Below are positions 1 to 8,649 of a DNA stretch of 64,000 nt, in pieces (the stretch's first letter is position 1; the number at the start of each line of letters is the position of its first letter). Position numbers and translations under genes: made by a program. Source of the DNA: Nitrospirota bacterium (GTDB lineage Bacteria > Nitrospirota > Nitrospiria > Nitrospirales > Nitrospiraceae); the NCBI GenBank assembly GCA_963703955.1, contig CAVPGK010000017.1, positions 160,001 to 224,000 of the forward strand. Direction: 5' to 3'. The notes under the pieces are model-generated. The model had not been told where the DNA came from. It was given only the letters and a program-made list of their open reading frames with translations, and ran no database searches.

Positions 1-34
1 AGCCATCACATGATTGAACATGGAGGTTGGTGAG

Positions 35-640
35 ATGGGGGGCCTAGTTCTTCTTCGGCACGGGGAATCACAATGGAATCTGGAAAACCGCTTTACAGGA
101 TGGGTCGACGTGCCCCTGTCTCCGAAAGGAGAGCAGGAAGCTCGCATCGCCGGTAAGAAATTGACGGCCTATCGTTTTGATCGGGCCTTTGCGTCCGTGC
201 TTACACGAGCCATCGATACGCTGCGGATTGTCCTAGAGGTGATCGGGCAGACGAATATCCCGATCGAAAAGGACCAGGCGTTGAACGAGCGCATGTATGG
301 AGACCTACAAGGCCTCAACAAAGCCGAGACCGCCCAAAAGTACGGGGAGCAGCAGGTCAAGCTGTGGCGACGCAGCTACGACATCCGTCCGCCGGGCGGG
401 GAAAGCCTGAAAGATACGGCGGATCGAGTGCTGCCCTACTACGAGCAGCGCATCAAGCCCCACATGTTGGCGGGAGAAACGGCGTTGATCGCCGCTCACG
501 GGAATAGCCTGCGGGCTTTGGTCATGCATCTTGACCGGCTCACGCCCGAGCAAATCCTTGAACTGAATATTCCGACGGGCGCGCCGCTCTTGTATGAGGT
601 CGATCGGGCGGGGAAGATCCTCGGTCATCGGTACCTCTGA
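35..640 (+). CDS. gpmA: 2,3-bisphosphoglycerate-dependent phosphoglycerate mutase
   Basis: [24 protein letters not shown] and [10 protein letters not shown] motifs; SD GGAGGT precedes ATG at 35. Confidence 0.95.
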   Translation: MGGLVLLRHGESQWNLENRFTGWVDVPLSPKGEQEARIAGKKLTAYRFDRAFASVLTRAIDTLRIVLEVIGQTNIPIEKDQALNERMYGDLQGLNKAETAQKYGEQQVKLWRRSYDIRPPGGESLKDTADRVLPYYEQRIKPHMLAGETALIAAHGNSLRALVMHLDRLTPEQILELNIPTGAPLLYEVDRAGKILGHRYL

Positions 641-648
641 TCATAGGA

Positions 649-992
649 TCAACCGAAAAGGTAGTGGTCTCCTTCAAGTTGGCCGATCGTCTCCGTCTGG
701 ATCAGATCGACAAACAAGGCCAGCAGCTTCTGGCGGTCCTCGGCGTGGGCGACCTGCTCCGACTCCAAGAGAACCATCCTCCGTCCTTCATTTCGATCCA
801 GGAAAACCCCACATCGTGACTCGGGTTTTTCAACCCAGGATGGCGTTCCGTCGGGAAACTTTGTCGATACGACACGGTCGCAAGCTTCTCACAATCCAAT
901 GCCGCTTGCGGTAGGAAGGACACTGATCTGTTTGACGCAATGCCGGTCTTGGCGACCCAGACGCCGACCGAAGCGATAAGAAGTACGAGCAC
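649..992 (-). pseudogene. Frameshifted, probably 5'-truncated hypothetical protein with N-terminal hydrophobic stretch
   Basis: ORF 702..992 (VLVLLIASVGVWV...SWIEMKDG) continues plausibly in another frame (RMVLLESEQVAHAEDRQKLLALF...HYLFG*) if one base is added at ~781. Confidence 0.4.
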
Positions 993-1002
993 GGAAGGCG
1001 AG

Positions 1003-1155
1003 TTGCTCGTCTATGATGTGATTGTCGATGGCATCAGTCTTATCAATAATTACCGCGGGCAATTCACAAAAATTCATCGTTCCTCTTCCTATGCGGAATC
1101 GGTCGAGATGTTGCGAAAGAAGACCGAAGGAGGAGTGACCGTTCATGCTGAATAG
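1003..1155 (+). pseudogene. C-terminal fragment of an MlaC/Ttg2D-like periplasmic lipid-binding protein
   Basis: LLVYDVIVDGISLINNYRGQFTKI...SYAESVEML resembles the MlaC C-terminal signature; the N-terminal part is absent. Confidence 0.6.
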
Positions 1156-1202
1156 CGTGTCGAATCCGTAAGAACGCTACTCAAAAAAAATGAAGGTGCG
1201 AT

Positions 1203-1328
1203 GTGGAAGAGTTGGCTGTCATCGGATTCGGAATCATGTTCGGCCTCTTGGCAGCATGGATAGACTATAGATGCAGCCGCCAGACCCTCCCTCGACGATG
1301 GCCTCTTCGCAAGAAAGAAGCTGCCTGA
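1203..1328 (+). CDS. Small single-pass membrane protein (41 aa)
   Basis: GTG after GAAGGT; MEELAVIGFGIMFGLLAAWIDYR...KKEAA, a TM helix with a basic tail; below the ORF-track cut-off. Confidence 0.45.
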   Translation: MEELAVIGFGIMFGLLAAWIDYRCSRQTLPRRWPLRKKEAA

Positions 1329-1563
1329 TTGTATCTGTAGGAAGCACTGGAAAAGGCCCCTGGTATCGCGGGGTTCCCGGATGGCGCTTGCTATGTTCAC
1401 GTGGTTATATCTGTTACCGCATTGGTACAGGTGAGACATTGATGAGGCATTATTTATGATGCCTGCGGTAAGACACTCCTACCTGTCTGATTTGTTTCAA
1501 TAATTTCATATCCCCGCTGGCACCGTTCTTGGTCCCCACCCCCTTTGCCTGACAGAGGGTCCT

Positions 1564-2361
1564 ATGATTGTGCTAAGGAGGTGTGACATGTGGTGCTTTC
1601 AGGGAAGATTCGGAGCACTGGCATTCGCATGTATCCTCTCAATCGCGGCTGAGCAAGGTTGGGGCTGGTGGAACCCGGAGGTCGGCATCTATAATCAGGC
1701 GACCGTGGAAGCTCGTCCTCAGGCTCAATCATTTCGCTCGGCTTCCGTCGGCATGGCTCGGATACACCCTTGGGAGTCTTGTCTTCAGACTACCGCTAGG
1801 AGAAGCGGAGTTCATCCGGCTCTCTTCCATGCGATCGTGAAAGTTGAATCGGGTCGCCATCCCTATGCGTTTGGGTGGTACGACGCCGGAGGGACATGGA
1901 AATCCTACCGAGCCCCAAGCTATAGGGATGCAGTCGCCCGGTTTCTAGAGTTGGAGCGGCGACAGATTCGCTTTGATGTTGGATTGGCCCAGGTCAGCAG
2001 TCGTAATCTCGTGGTTTTGCAGCAAAGAGTAGGTGTTTCACCTATCAAAGCCCTTGATCCGTGCTCCAACTTGTATCTGGCTGGTGTGATCCTGAAAGAG
2101 CAAATTAGAATCCATGGGTCAACATGGAAGGCGGTGGCTGGCTACAATGGCGCCCTGACCTATGCGCCAAGAGTCTACCGCGCCTATTGCTCCCAAGTGC
2201 CTGATGCCCTGCATTGTCGCACTGGGGTTTCCCTGCCCCATCTCCTCTCTTACCCACTTCCTGTCCTTCAGACGAGGCCGGCGCCACAAGGCGTTCATCA
2301 CGCCATGGGGAATGCCGATGGGAATGACTCTCTTACCAAAATAAAGTCCAAACCAAGTTAG
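1564..2361 (+). CDS. Lytic transglycosylase (SLT domain, VirB1/TrbN-like)
   Basis: AIVKVES catalytic Glu, DVGLAQV, ALDPCSNL and AVAGYNG motifs; signal-like N-terminus. Confidence 0.85.
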   Translation: MIVLRRCDMWCFQGRFGALAFACILSIAAEQGWGWWNPEVGIYNQATVEARPQAQSFRSASVGMARIHPWESCLQTTARRSGVHPALFHAIVKVESGRHPYAFGWYDAGGTWKSYRAPSYRDAVARFLELERRQIRFDVGLAQVSSRNLVVLQQRVGVSPIKALDPCSNLYLAGVILKEQIRIHGSTWKAVAGYNGALTYAPRVYRAYCSQVPDALHCRTGVSLPHLLSYPLPVLQTRPAPQGVHHAMGNADGNDSLTKIKSKPS

Positions 2362-2395
2362 AATGAAAGTCGCGCAATAGTTATGGTAGATGAGA

Positions 2396-2472
2396 TGGTG
2401 CGCCCGGCCCGACTTGAACGGGCGACCTGCGGGTTCGAAGCCCGACGCTCTATCCAACTGAGCTACGGGCGC
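2396..2472 (-). tRNA. tRNA-Arg (anticodon UCG)
   Basis: GCGCCCG acceptor stem, D arm, anticodon loop CT-TCG-AA, TTCAAGT T loop, encoded CCA. Confidence 0.95.
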
Positions 2473-2539
2473 ACATGCTATAAGAACCACTTTATGAAAA
2501 AGGTTGTCAAGGCACCCGCTCGATGTGCCGGCCGCGCGC

Positions 2540-2575
2540 AAAAAAAAGGACCGCTCTTCTGCGAGCGGTCCCTTT
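2540..2575 (-). terminator. Rho-independent terminator of the RRM gene
   Basis: GGACCGCTC-loop-GAGCGGTCC followed by T8 on the minus strand. Confidence 0.85.
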
Positions 2576-2595
2576 CCCGTGTCATTTTTCGGGGG

Positions 2596-2895
2596 TTACC
2601 AGCGATCCCGATCGCCACCACCACCACCACCGCCGTAGGGGCGCTTCTCCTGCGGCCGAGCCTCATTCACCACCAGCGTCCGTCCACCTAACGCCGAGCC
2701 GTTGAGCGCAGCAATCGCCTTCTGCGCCTCTTCGCTGGTTGCCATTTCCACAAAGCCGAACCCTCGTGACTGCCCGGTGTACCGGTCCGAGATTACCTTG
2801 GCGGACTGTACCGTGCCGTATTGCGAGAACAGTTCGCTCAATTGCTGTTCAGTTGTGGAGTAGGGAAGGCTTCCCACATACAGTTTGGTACTCAC
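2596..2895 (-). CDS. RRM (RNP-1) RNA-binding protein with Gly-rich tail
   Basis: RNP2 LYVGSL and RNP1 RGFGFVEM; GTG start 2895 after SD GAGGAGG. Confidence 0.93.
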   Translation of the reverse strand: MSTKLYVGSLPYSTTEQQLSELFSQYGTVQSAKVISDRYTGQSRGFGFVEMATSEEAQKAIAALNGSALGGRTLVVNEARPQEKRPYGGGGGGGDRDRW

Positions 2896-3096
2896 GGCTA
2901 CCTCCTCACTGCTGTTGATATTGTCTTGAGAAGAAGGAGTGGAAGGAGAGAGCGCGAAGGCACCGCACGACTGCACCGTTCAGGTCACTCACACTTTCCG
3001 ACTAACTTCCTTATCCTCTCTCAGGCAACATCCGTCAAGGACCCGCTTCACCTCGGCTCTCCATCACTCGGTCCTGCAGCGATGAATTGCAGGCTA

Positions 3097-3125
3097 AGAA
3101 TAGCATGGCAGGAGAAGCAGTTCAA
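3097..3125 (-). promoter_or_regulatory. Sigma-70 promoter of the RRM gene (extended -10)
   Basis: TTGAAC-N17-TATTCT with TG upstream of the -10. Confidence 0.6.
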
Positions 3126-3640
3126 CCATGGGACATCGGCTTGACCTGGGTCAGGATGGCCTCGGCGACTTGGTCGACCGAGCAATCGTCCGTGGGGATC
3201 ACGTGATCCGCCGCCATTTGGTATTTCGGCCGGCGCTCCCGCATAACTTCTTCAATTTCCTCGGTAAAGGATTTCATGCTGGTGAGAGACGGCCGCTGGG
3301 TGTCGCCTCCGATTCGCTTGCGGATGGTTTCAATCTCCGCGGTGAGCCAAAACACGAGTCCATTCGCCTTGAGGATGCCTACGTTCCGTGGTCTGAGAAT
3401 GATCCCTCCGCCGGTATCGACAACCAAGTTATCCCGGCCTGCCAACTCTTGACATACGTCAGATTCCAAATCGCGGAAATGGTCCCAGCCAAACTGCTTT
3501 ACGATCTCCGGGATCGAGAGGTTCGCCCGTTGGACAATCTCGTGATCCGTGGAGATAGCGGCTCGCTGCAGCCTGACGGAAAGAATCTTCGCCACACTGG
3601 TCTTTCCGGTGCCGCGGTAGCCAATTAAGACGATGTTCAT
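3122..3640 (-). CDS. aroK: Shikimate kinase
   Basis: IVLIGYRGTGKT P-loop, GWDHFRDLE, DTGGG, RPSL. Confidence 0.95.
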   Translation of the reverse strand: MNIVLIGYRGTGKTSVAKILSVRLQRAAISTDHEIVQRANLSIPEIVKQFGWDHFRDLESDVCQELAGRDNLVVDTGGGIILRPRNVGILKANGLVFWLTAEIETIRKRIGGDTQRPSLTSMKSFTEEIEEVMRERRPKYQMAADHVIPTDDCSVDQVAEAILTQVKPMSHG

Positions 3641-4494
3641 GAAAAGCGAGACTCAACCACGGTCCGCATCACATCGGCCGGCGCGGTCCGTCCGGTCCAC
3701 AGTTCGAACTGCATAACCGCCTGGTTGACGAACATGTCGAGGCCGCGAATCGTGCGGCAACCGGCAGTTTTCGCTTCTCGCAGCAACCGAGTTTCCAGGG
3801 GATTGTACACAATGTCCATCACGGTGAGAGACCGATGGAGCAGGGGCGCCGGGACGCACGTCTGGTCGACGTGGGGAAACATGCCGAGGGGGGTGCAGTG
3901 TACCATAATGTGATGGTCCGAGATCGCTCGCTGTAACGCTTCCTGGCTGAGATGGTCGCTTTTCACCGACAACCGAGTCTTCGTTTGCAGATCCTGAACC
4001 AGGGAGGTTCGCTCGGTCGCATCGATGCCCAAGATGGTCAGTTGTTGGATGCCCGCGCCGTTGGCAAGGGCAAAGGCAATCGCGCGTGCCGCTCCCCCAG
4101 AACCCAACATCAAGACGCTCTGTGCCCTCAAAGCGACGCCGGCATCGGTCAAGGCGCGCAGGGCTCCGGATGCATCTGTGTTGTAGCCGGTCAATTTGCC
4201 GTTCTCCACGACGATGGTGTTGACCGATCCGATGTGCCTCGCAGTCGCCTCGACCTCGTCCAGGTAAGGGATCACAGAGACCTTGTGCGGGATGGTCACA
4301 CTGAAGCCGCGGACATTGCCAAGCGCGCGGATGCCTTGTATGGCGCCCGCCAGATCCTCTACACGAAACGCCAGGTAGACAAAGTTGAGGCCCAGCTTCT
4401 GAAACGCCGCGTTGTGAATGGCCGGCGAGAGGGAGTGTTCGACGGGATTGCCGAGCAGGCCGCATAGCTGGGTCTTGGTATTAATCTCCATCAC
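3637..4494 (-). CDS. aroE: Shikimate dehydrogenase
   Basis: HSLSPAIHN, SVTIPHK, GYNTD, GSGGAARA, DIVYNPLET. Confidence 0.95.
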   Translation of the reverse strand: MMEINTKTQLCGLLGNPVEHSLSPAIHNAAFQKLGLNFVYLAFRVEDLAGAIQGIRALGNVRGFSVTIPHKVSVIPYLDEVEATARHIGSVNTIVVENGKLTGYNTDASGALRALTDAGVALRAQSVLMLGSGGAARAIAFALANGAGIQQLTILGIDATERTSLVQDLQTKTRLSVKSDHLSQEALQRAISDHHIMVHCTPLGMFPHVDQTCVPAPLLHRSLTVMDIVYNPLETRLLREAKTAGCRTIRGLDMFVNQAVMQFELWTGRTAPADVMRTVVESRFS

Positions 4495-4594
4495 GCGTTC
4501 GAACTTGATGATTTGATAACAGACTGATTAGGCGAATTGTTCGGACTCCAATCAAGCAACCATCACGTCTGTAGATCAACAGTCGCCGAATTCC

Positions 4595-4921
4595 TCATTT
4601 GCCCTTCGCCGCGACCTTCTGCGCGATGTACTGGCTCCCGACCACCGAGTAGGTGACCGTCACGTTGTCGCCTTTCTTGAGATCACCGAGGCCTTTGGGA
4701 CCACCACTGAATTGGGTCTTCTCGTTGACCACGAAGGTAAATCGAGTCCCACTCCCCTCCTTCTTCAAGGCGAGCTTGCCGGCTGCCGCATCGACTGAGA
4801 GGATGGTGCCTGGGAAGTCGGTACCAGTTTGTGCAGAGACTGAAATTACCCCTAAGTGGCAAAGGCCTGTAATGAGGAAGACAATGAGAAGTTCTTTCCG
4901 CCATGCTGTTTTGCGGATCAT
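4595..4921 (-). CDS. Small exported beta/OB-fold hypothetical protein
   Basis: Signal peptide followed by GTILSVD...DLKKGDNVTVTY; SD AAAGGAG before ATG 4921. Confidence 0.7.
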   Translation of the reverse strand: MIRKTAWRKELLIVFLITGLCHLGVISVSAQTGTDFPGTILSVDAAAGKLALKKEGSGTRFTFVVNEKTQFSGGPKGLGDLKKGDNVTVTYSVVGSQYIAQKVAAKGK

Positions 4922-4951
4922 GGGTAGCTTTCTCCTTTCAAGTAAGAGCCG

Positions 4952-5129
4952 AACAGGATGCTCAAAATGGTTATCCTGCAAGGCCGCAGGTGTACCCTCT
5001 GGGGCGCACGGTGCGACGAATAAGGAGCACCACGTTTGTGCGCGCCGCCGAGATGTGAGGCGGCAGGATCCCCATTGAGGACTTGGGCGAGCCGAGAACG
5101 AAGCTGGGAACCATTTTCAGCATCCTGTT
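4952..5129. mobile_element. MITE-like element copy 1 with 21-bp terminal inverted repeats
   Basis: AACAGGATGCTCAAAATGGTT ... AACCATTTTCAGCATCCTGTT (1 mismatch); internal GGCCGCAGG and GAGCCGAGAAC shared with copy 2. Confidence 0.75.
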
Positions 5130-5880
5130 AGTGGGCAGTTAACCCACCGTCAATCGTGAACGAACTCCCGGTCACCCATGCGGATTCGTCCGACGCGAGA
5201 TAGAGAATCAGTTTGGCCACTTCTTCTGGAGTTCCTACACGGCTGATGGGATAGGCGGCCAAGGCATCGGCTCTCATCTCAGGATTATTCAGCAAGGGCG
5301 CCGACATTGGAGTATCCACGAGCCCCGGACAGACTGAGTTACAGCGAATACCGTGTTGGGCATAGTCCATCGCCACGCAACGGGTGAAGATTTCAAGCCC
5401 ACCCTTGGTCGTGCCGTAGGGTGAGCTCCCCCAGAAGCCGACGAGCCCGCCGACGGAGGAGACGTTGACGATCGACCCTCCTCCAGCCTTGAGCATCTGA
5501 GGCACTGTCGCCCGTGTCACCCTGAAGACTCCGGTCAAATTGATATCCAGCACGTCATTCCACGTAGCGTCATCGACCTCATGCAGCACCTTGCCGAAGG
5601 CGCCGATCGCGGCGTTATTGACCAGGACATTCAGCTTGCCGAAGGTCCGCACGGCTTGATCAACGGCCAACCGGACGTGGGTTTCATCGGTCACGCTCCC
5701 GGTGACTGCCAGAGCTCGGCCCTTCTTTCGTTCGATGTCGGCGAGCACGTGATCGAGCGCATCCTTTCGCCGTCCTGTGATGACGACGACGGCGCCTTCC
5801 TCGGCAAAGAGTTTCGCTACCGCTGCGCCGATGCCGACCCCACCGCCTGTGACAAGGGCTACCTTACCGGCTAGTCTCAT
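5128..5880 (-). CDS. Short-chain dehydrogenase/reductase (SDR)
   Basis: TGGGVGIG, NNAA, YGTTK catalytic motif; true start MRLAGK after GGAGG, since the longer ORF runs through a repeat. Confidence 0.92.
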   Translation of the reverse strand: MRLAGKVALVTGGGVGIGAAVAKLFAEEGAVVVITGRRKDALDHVLADIERKKGRALAVTGSVTDETHVRLAVDQAVRTFGKLNVLVNNAAIGAFGKVLHEVDDATWNDVLDINLTGVFRVTRATVPQMLKAGGGSIVNVSSVGGLVGFWGSSPYGTTKGGLEIFTRCVAMDYAQHGIRCNSVCPGLVDTPMSAPLLNNPEMRADALAAYPISRVGTPEEVAKLILYLASDESAWVTGSSFTIDGGLTAH

Positions 5881-5888
5881 TCTTCCTC

Positions 5889-6063
5889 CAGGATGCTGAA
5901 AAAGGTCCCCCAACTTTGTTCTCGGCTCGTCAAAGCCCTCAGCGTACCCCACCTGGGAAAAGAGCCGGTCTAGGCCGGCTCGGGGCTGGGTGGGTGAAAA
6001 ACACAATGCCTCCGGCTTTGACTTCGCCTGCGGCCGCGTTGGTTCGCCTTTTTGAGCATCCTG
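5889..6063. mobile_element. MITE-like element copy 2 (inverted relative to copy 1) with nested hairpin repeat
   Basis: CAGGATGCTGAAAAAGG ... CCTTTTTGAGCATCCTG terminal inverted repeats. Confidence 0.75.
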
Positions 6064-6080
6064 CTCATAAGAACACCCCA

Positions 6081-6932
6081 CTACTCTTCCACGCTATTTT
6101 TTTCCACATCTTCCTGAAGCGTTGAGGATGGTTTCTTCCACAGTCCAGGCTCGACCTTGCGCGCGACCGTAATAAAGCCGGAATGGGCCACCATGCGGTG
6201 GTCTGGCCTGACGCTTCTCCCTTGGATATTCCAGGTTCTCAAGAGTGTCTCGAACGTGTGAATGAGTCCGAACACCGCGGCTCGCTCCAAGGCCTCCACC
6301 GTCCGCATGACTTGCGGGATGGTGGGAACAAAACTGAGATACAGGCCACCGGACCTAAGTGCGTCGGCGGCATGGGGAACGACCCGCCATGGCTCCGGAA
6401 GATCGAGGACGACCCGATCGAACGGGACATCCGCGTCTTCGGGAACAAACCCCTCGTACACATCCTTGCGCCGAACCAGGAGACTGGAAACGTGTCCCAG
6501 ATAGCGTTCGATGTTTTTCATCGCAGTTCGTGCAAAATCTTCCCGGACTTCATAGGTGATCAAGGTGCCTCGCTCTCCGACCGTTCGAAGCAGCGCCATT
6601 GTGAGCGCTCCCGAACCCGTCCCGGCTTCGAAAACACGGGCACCGGGGTAAATGTCCGCCCACATCGTGATCATCGCCAGGTCCTTCGGGTAGATGACCT
6701 GCGCGCCACGAGGCATCTTTAAGACATAGTCGCCCAGCGTGGGCACGAGTGCGAGCATCCGCTTCCCACGGGACAGCGTCACCAGCGATCCATCCGCCTG
6801 GCCGATCAGGGCGTCGTGTGGAATTGTGTCGCCGCTGTGCTGAAAGGTCTCCCCCGCTTTGAGGGTCAGCGCATAGTGCCGGCCGTTCTGATCGACCAAG
6901 TGGACCCGCTCGCCGTTCTGCAAGAGTCTCAT
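6081..6932 (-). CDS. trmI: tRNA (adenine-58-N1)-methyltransferase (GCD14 family)
   Basis: MPRGAQVIYPKD, EAGTGSGALT, LDLPEPW, VRPDHRMVAHSGF. Confidence 0.92.
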   Translation of the reverse strand: MRLLQNGERVHLVDQNGRHYALTLKAGETFQHSGDTIPHDALIGQADGSLVTLSRGKRMLALVPTLGDYVLKMPRGAQVIYPKDLAMITMWADIYPGARVFEAGTGSGALTMALLRTVGERGTLITYEVREDFARTAMKNIERYLGHVSSLLVRRKDVYEGFVPEDADVPFDRVVLDLPEPWRVVPHAADALRSGGLYLSFVPTIPQVMRTVEALERAAVFGLIHTFETLLRTWNIQGRSVRPDHRMVAHSGFITVARKVEPGLWKKPSSTLQEDVEKNSVEE

Positions 6933-6943
6933 GATTTCTACTT

Positions 6944-7185
6944 TCTCACGCGCCCGGCTGGCCGAGACCCCGCCTCCTTCCCCATCTCACCAGCCTACCC
7001 CATGCGCCAAGACACCCACTATTTCACTCTCCCCATCCCCAGCCGCGCCGAGACGCATTCTTTCCCAATTTCACCCCGCCCCGCCCTGAGCGCGCCGGGA
7101 CGCGCTCTACCCCAATTTCACCCCCCCGCCCCAAGCGTGCCGAGACACGCTTCTTCCCGTGGGACGCGCCTTCTTCCCAGGTCGG
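6944..7185 (+). repeat. Tandem array of five ~45-bp degenerate C-rich hairpin repeats
   Basis: Core GCC(G/A)(A/G)GAC at 6961, 7006, 7047, 7094 and 7139, each preceded by TCAC plus a C-rich tract. Confidence 0.8.
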
Positions 7186-7266
7186 CATTTTAGGAGAACT
7201 GTCCGGACCTTTTCAACACAACGTCCATCGCGCGCGCATTCCTTGACAGGCTCCGGCGGGGACCCT

Positions 7267-8631
7267 ATGATCGACCGTGAAACAACAATGACACGCCCCA
7301 TACGGATGCGCCCTGTGTACGTTCGGCGGAATCGCTTCTCCTGCCTTCCGCCACGCGGGCTTACGTTCCTTTTTAGCCTACTGCTCGTCTTCATCGCCCG
7401 GGTTGCCTTGGCTGGCTCCCCCGTCGTCGTCGCGAACTACGAAGGCGTGATCAATCCTGTCACCGCCGAATATTTCCACGACGCCTTGGCCTTTGCCGAG
7501 CAAGCGGACGCTCAGGCTCTGATCGTGCAACTCGACACGCCGGGCGGTCTCGACACCTCGATGCGGTTGATCATCAAGGATTTCACCGGCGCCTCGCTTC
7601 CTATTGTGGTCTACGTGTCTCCTTCTGGAGGCCGCGCGGCATCGGCCGGGGTTTTTCTGACTATGGCGGCCCATGTCGCGGCTATGGCTCCCGGCACCAA
7701 CATCGGCGCGGCGCATCCGGTGGCGATGGGTGGCGCAGAGATGGACAAGACGATGAAGGAGAAGGTCGAGAACGACTCGGTGGCCTACATCAAATCGATT
7801 GCGGAACAGCGTGAACGCAACGTGGCTTGGGCAGAGGATGCGGTTCGCAAGAGCGTCTCCGTGACGGAAAAGGAGGCGCTCGCCCTGAAGATCATCGACT
7901 TGATTGCCGACGATCGTTCCAGCTTGCTCGAAAAGCTGGATGGTCGGCGGGTGTCGCTTGCAACCACGTCCGTTGTCCTAAAGACCAAGGATGCGATCAT
8001 GATCGAATATCCGATGGGGTGGCGCCTGGAGGTGCTCAAGGCCCTCAGCGATCCCAACATTGCCTACCTGCTGATGACGATCGGGACCATCGGGTTGCTC
8101 GCGGAATTGTATAATCCCGGCGCCATTCTTCCCGGGATCGTGGGGGCGATCAGTCTCATTCTCGCCTTTTATTCCCTCCAGTCTTTGCCGATCAACTATG
8201 CAGGGGTCCTGCTCATGCTGCTCGGCGTGGTCTTCTTCGTGCTGGAAGCCACCGTCACGAGCTACGGCCTGCTGGCCATCGGTGGGGTGATTTCGATGAT
8301 CCTGGGGTCGGTGATGTTGGTCAAGACCGACGCACCGTTCCTTCAAGTTTCCTGGGCGGTAATTCTGCCGGTAGTGGGAGTGGCGGCAGGGCTCTCCCTA
8401 TTGATCGTCGGGATGGGCGTGAAAGCTATGCGTCGACGTCCGGTCACCGGTATGGAGGGAATGGTCGGCACGGTGGGGGTAGCGAAGACCACACTGGCGC
8501 CGCAAGGGAAAATCATGATTCATGGGGAAATCTGGGATGCCCTCAGCGAGCATCCCTTAGAACCCGGCGATTCGGTTGAAGTGGTGCGCATGGAAGGGCT
8601 CAAACTGTACGTCAAGCCCGCGCAAAAATAA
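7267..8631 (+). CDS. nfeD: NfeD-family membrane-bound serine protease
   Basis: LDTPGG, AASAG, APGTNIGAAHPV; multi-TM region; C-terminal OB domain (GEIWDA); start uncertain. Confidence 0.92.
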   Translation: MIDRETTMTRPIRMRPVYVRRNRFSCLPPRGLTFLFSLLLVFIARVALAGSPVVVANYEGVINPVTAEYFHDALAFAEQADAQALIVQLDTPGGLDTSMRLIIKDFTGASLPIVVYVSPSGGRAASAGVFLTMAAHVAAMAPGTNIGAAHPVAMGGAEMDKTMKEKVENDSVAYIKSIAEQRERNVAWAEDAVRKSVSVTEKEALALKIIDLIADDRSSLLEKLDGRRVSLATTSVVLKTKDAIMIEYPMGWRLEVLKALSDPNIAYLLMTIGTIGLLAELYNPGAILPGIVGAISLILAFYSLQSLPINYAGVLLMLLGVVFFVLEATVTSYGLLAIGGVISMILGSVMLVKTDAPFLQVSWAVILPVVGVAAGLSLLIVGMGVKAMRRRPVTGMEGMVGTVGVAKTTLAPQGKIMIHGEIWDALSEHPLEPGDSVEVVRMEGLKLYVKPAQK

Positions 8632-8649
8632 TCTGAAGGAGAGGCCGTT

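Noticed and set aside
5881..6081. N-terminal extension of the SDR in the ORF track
   Set aside because: It is the translated MITE-like repeat; a good SD precedes ATG 5880
6944..7185. CRISPR array
   Set aside because: Units are degenerate along their whole length with no identical repeat/unique spacer alternation, and no cas genes are in the window
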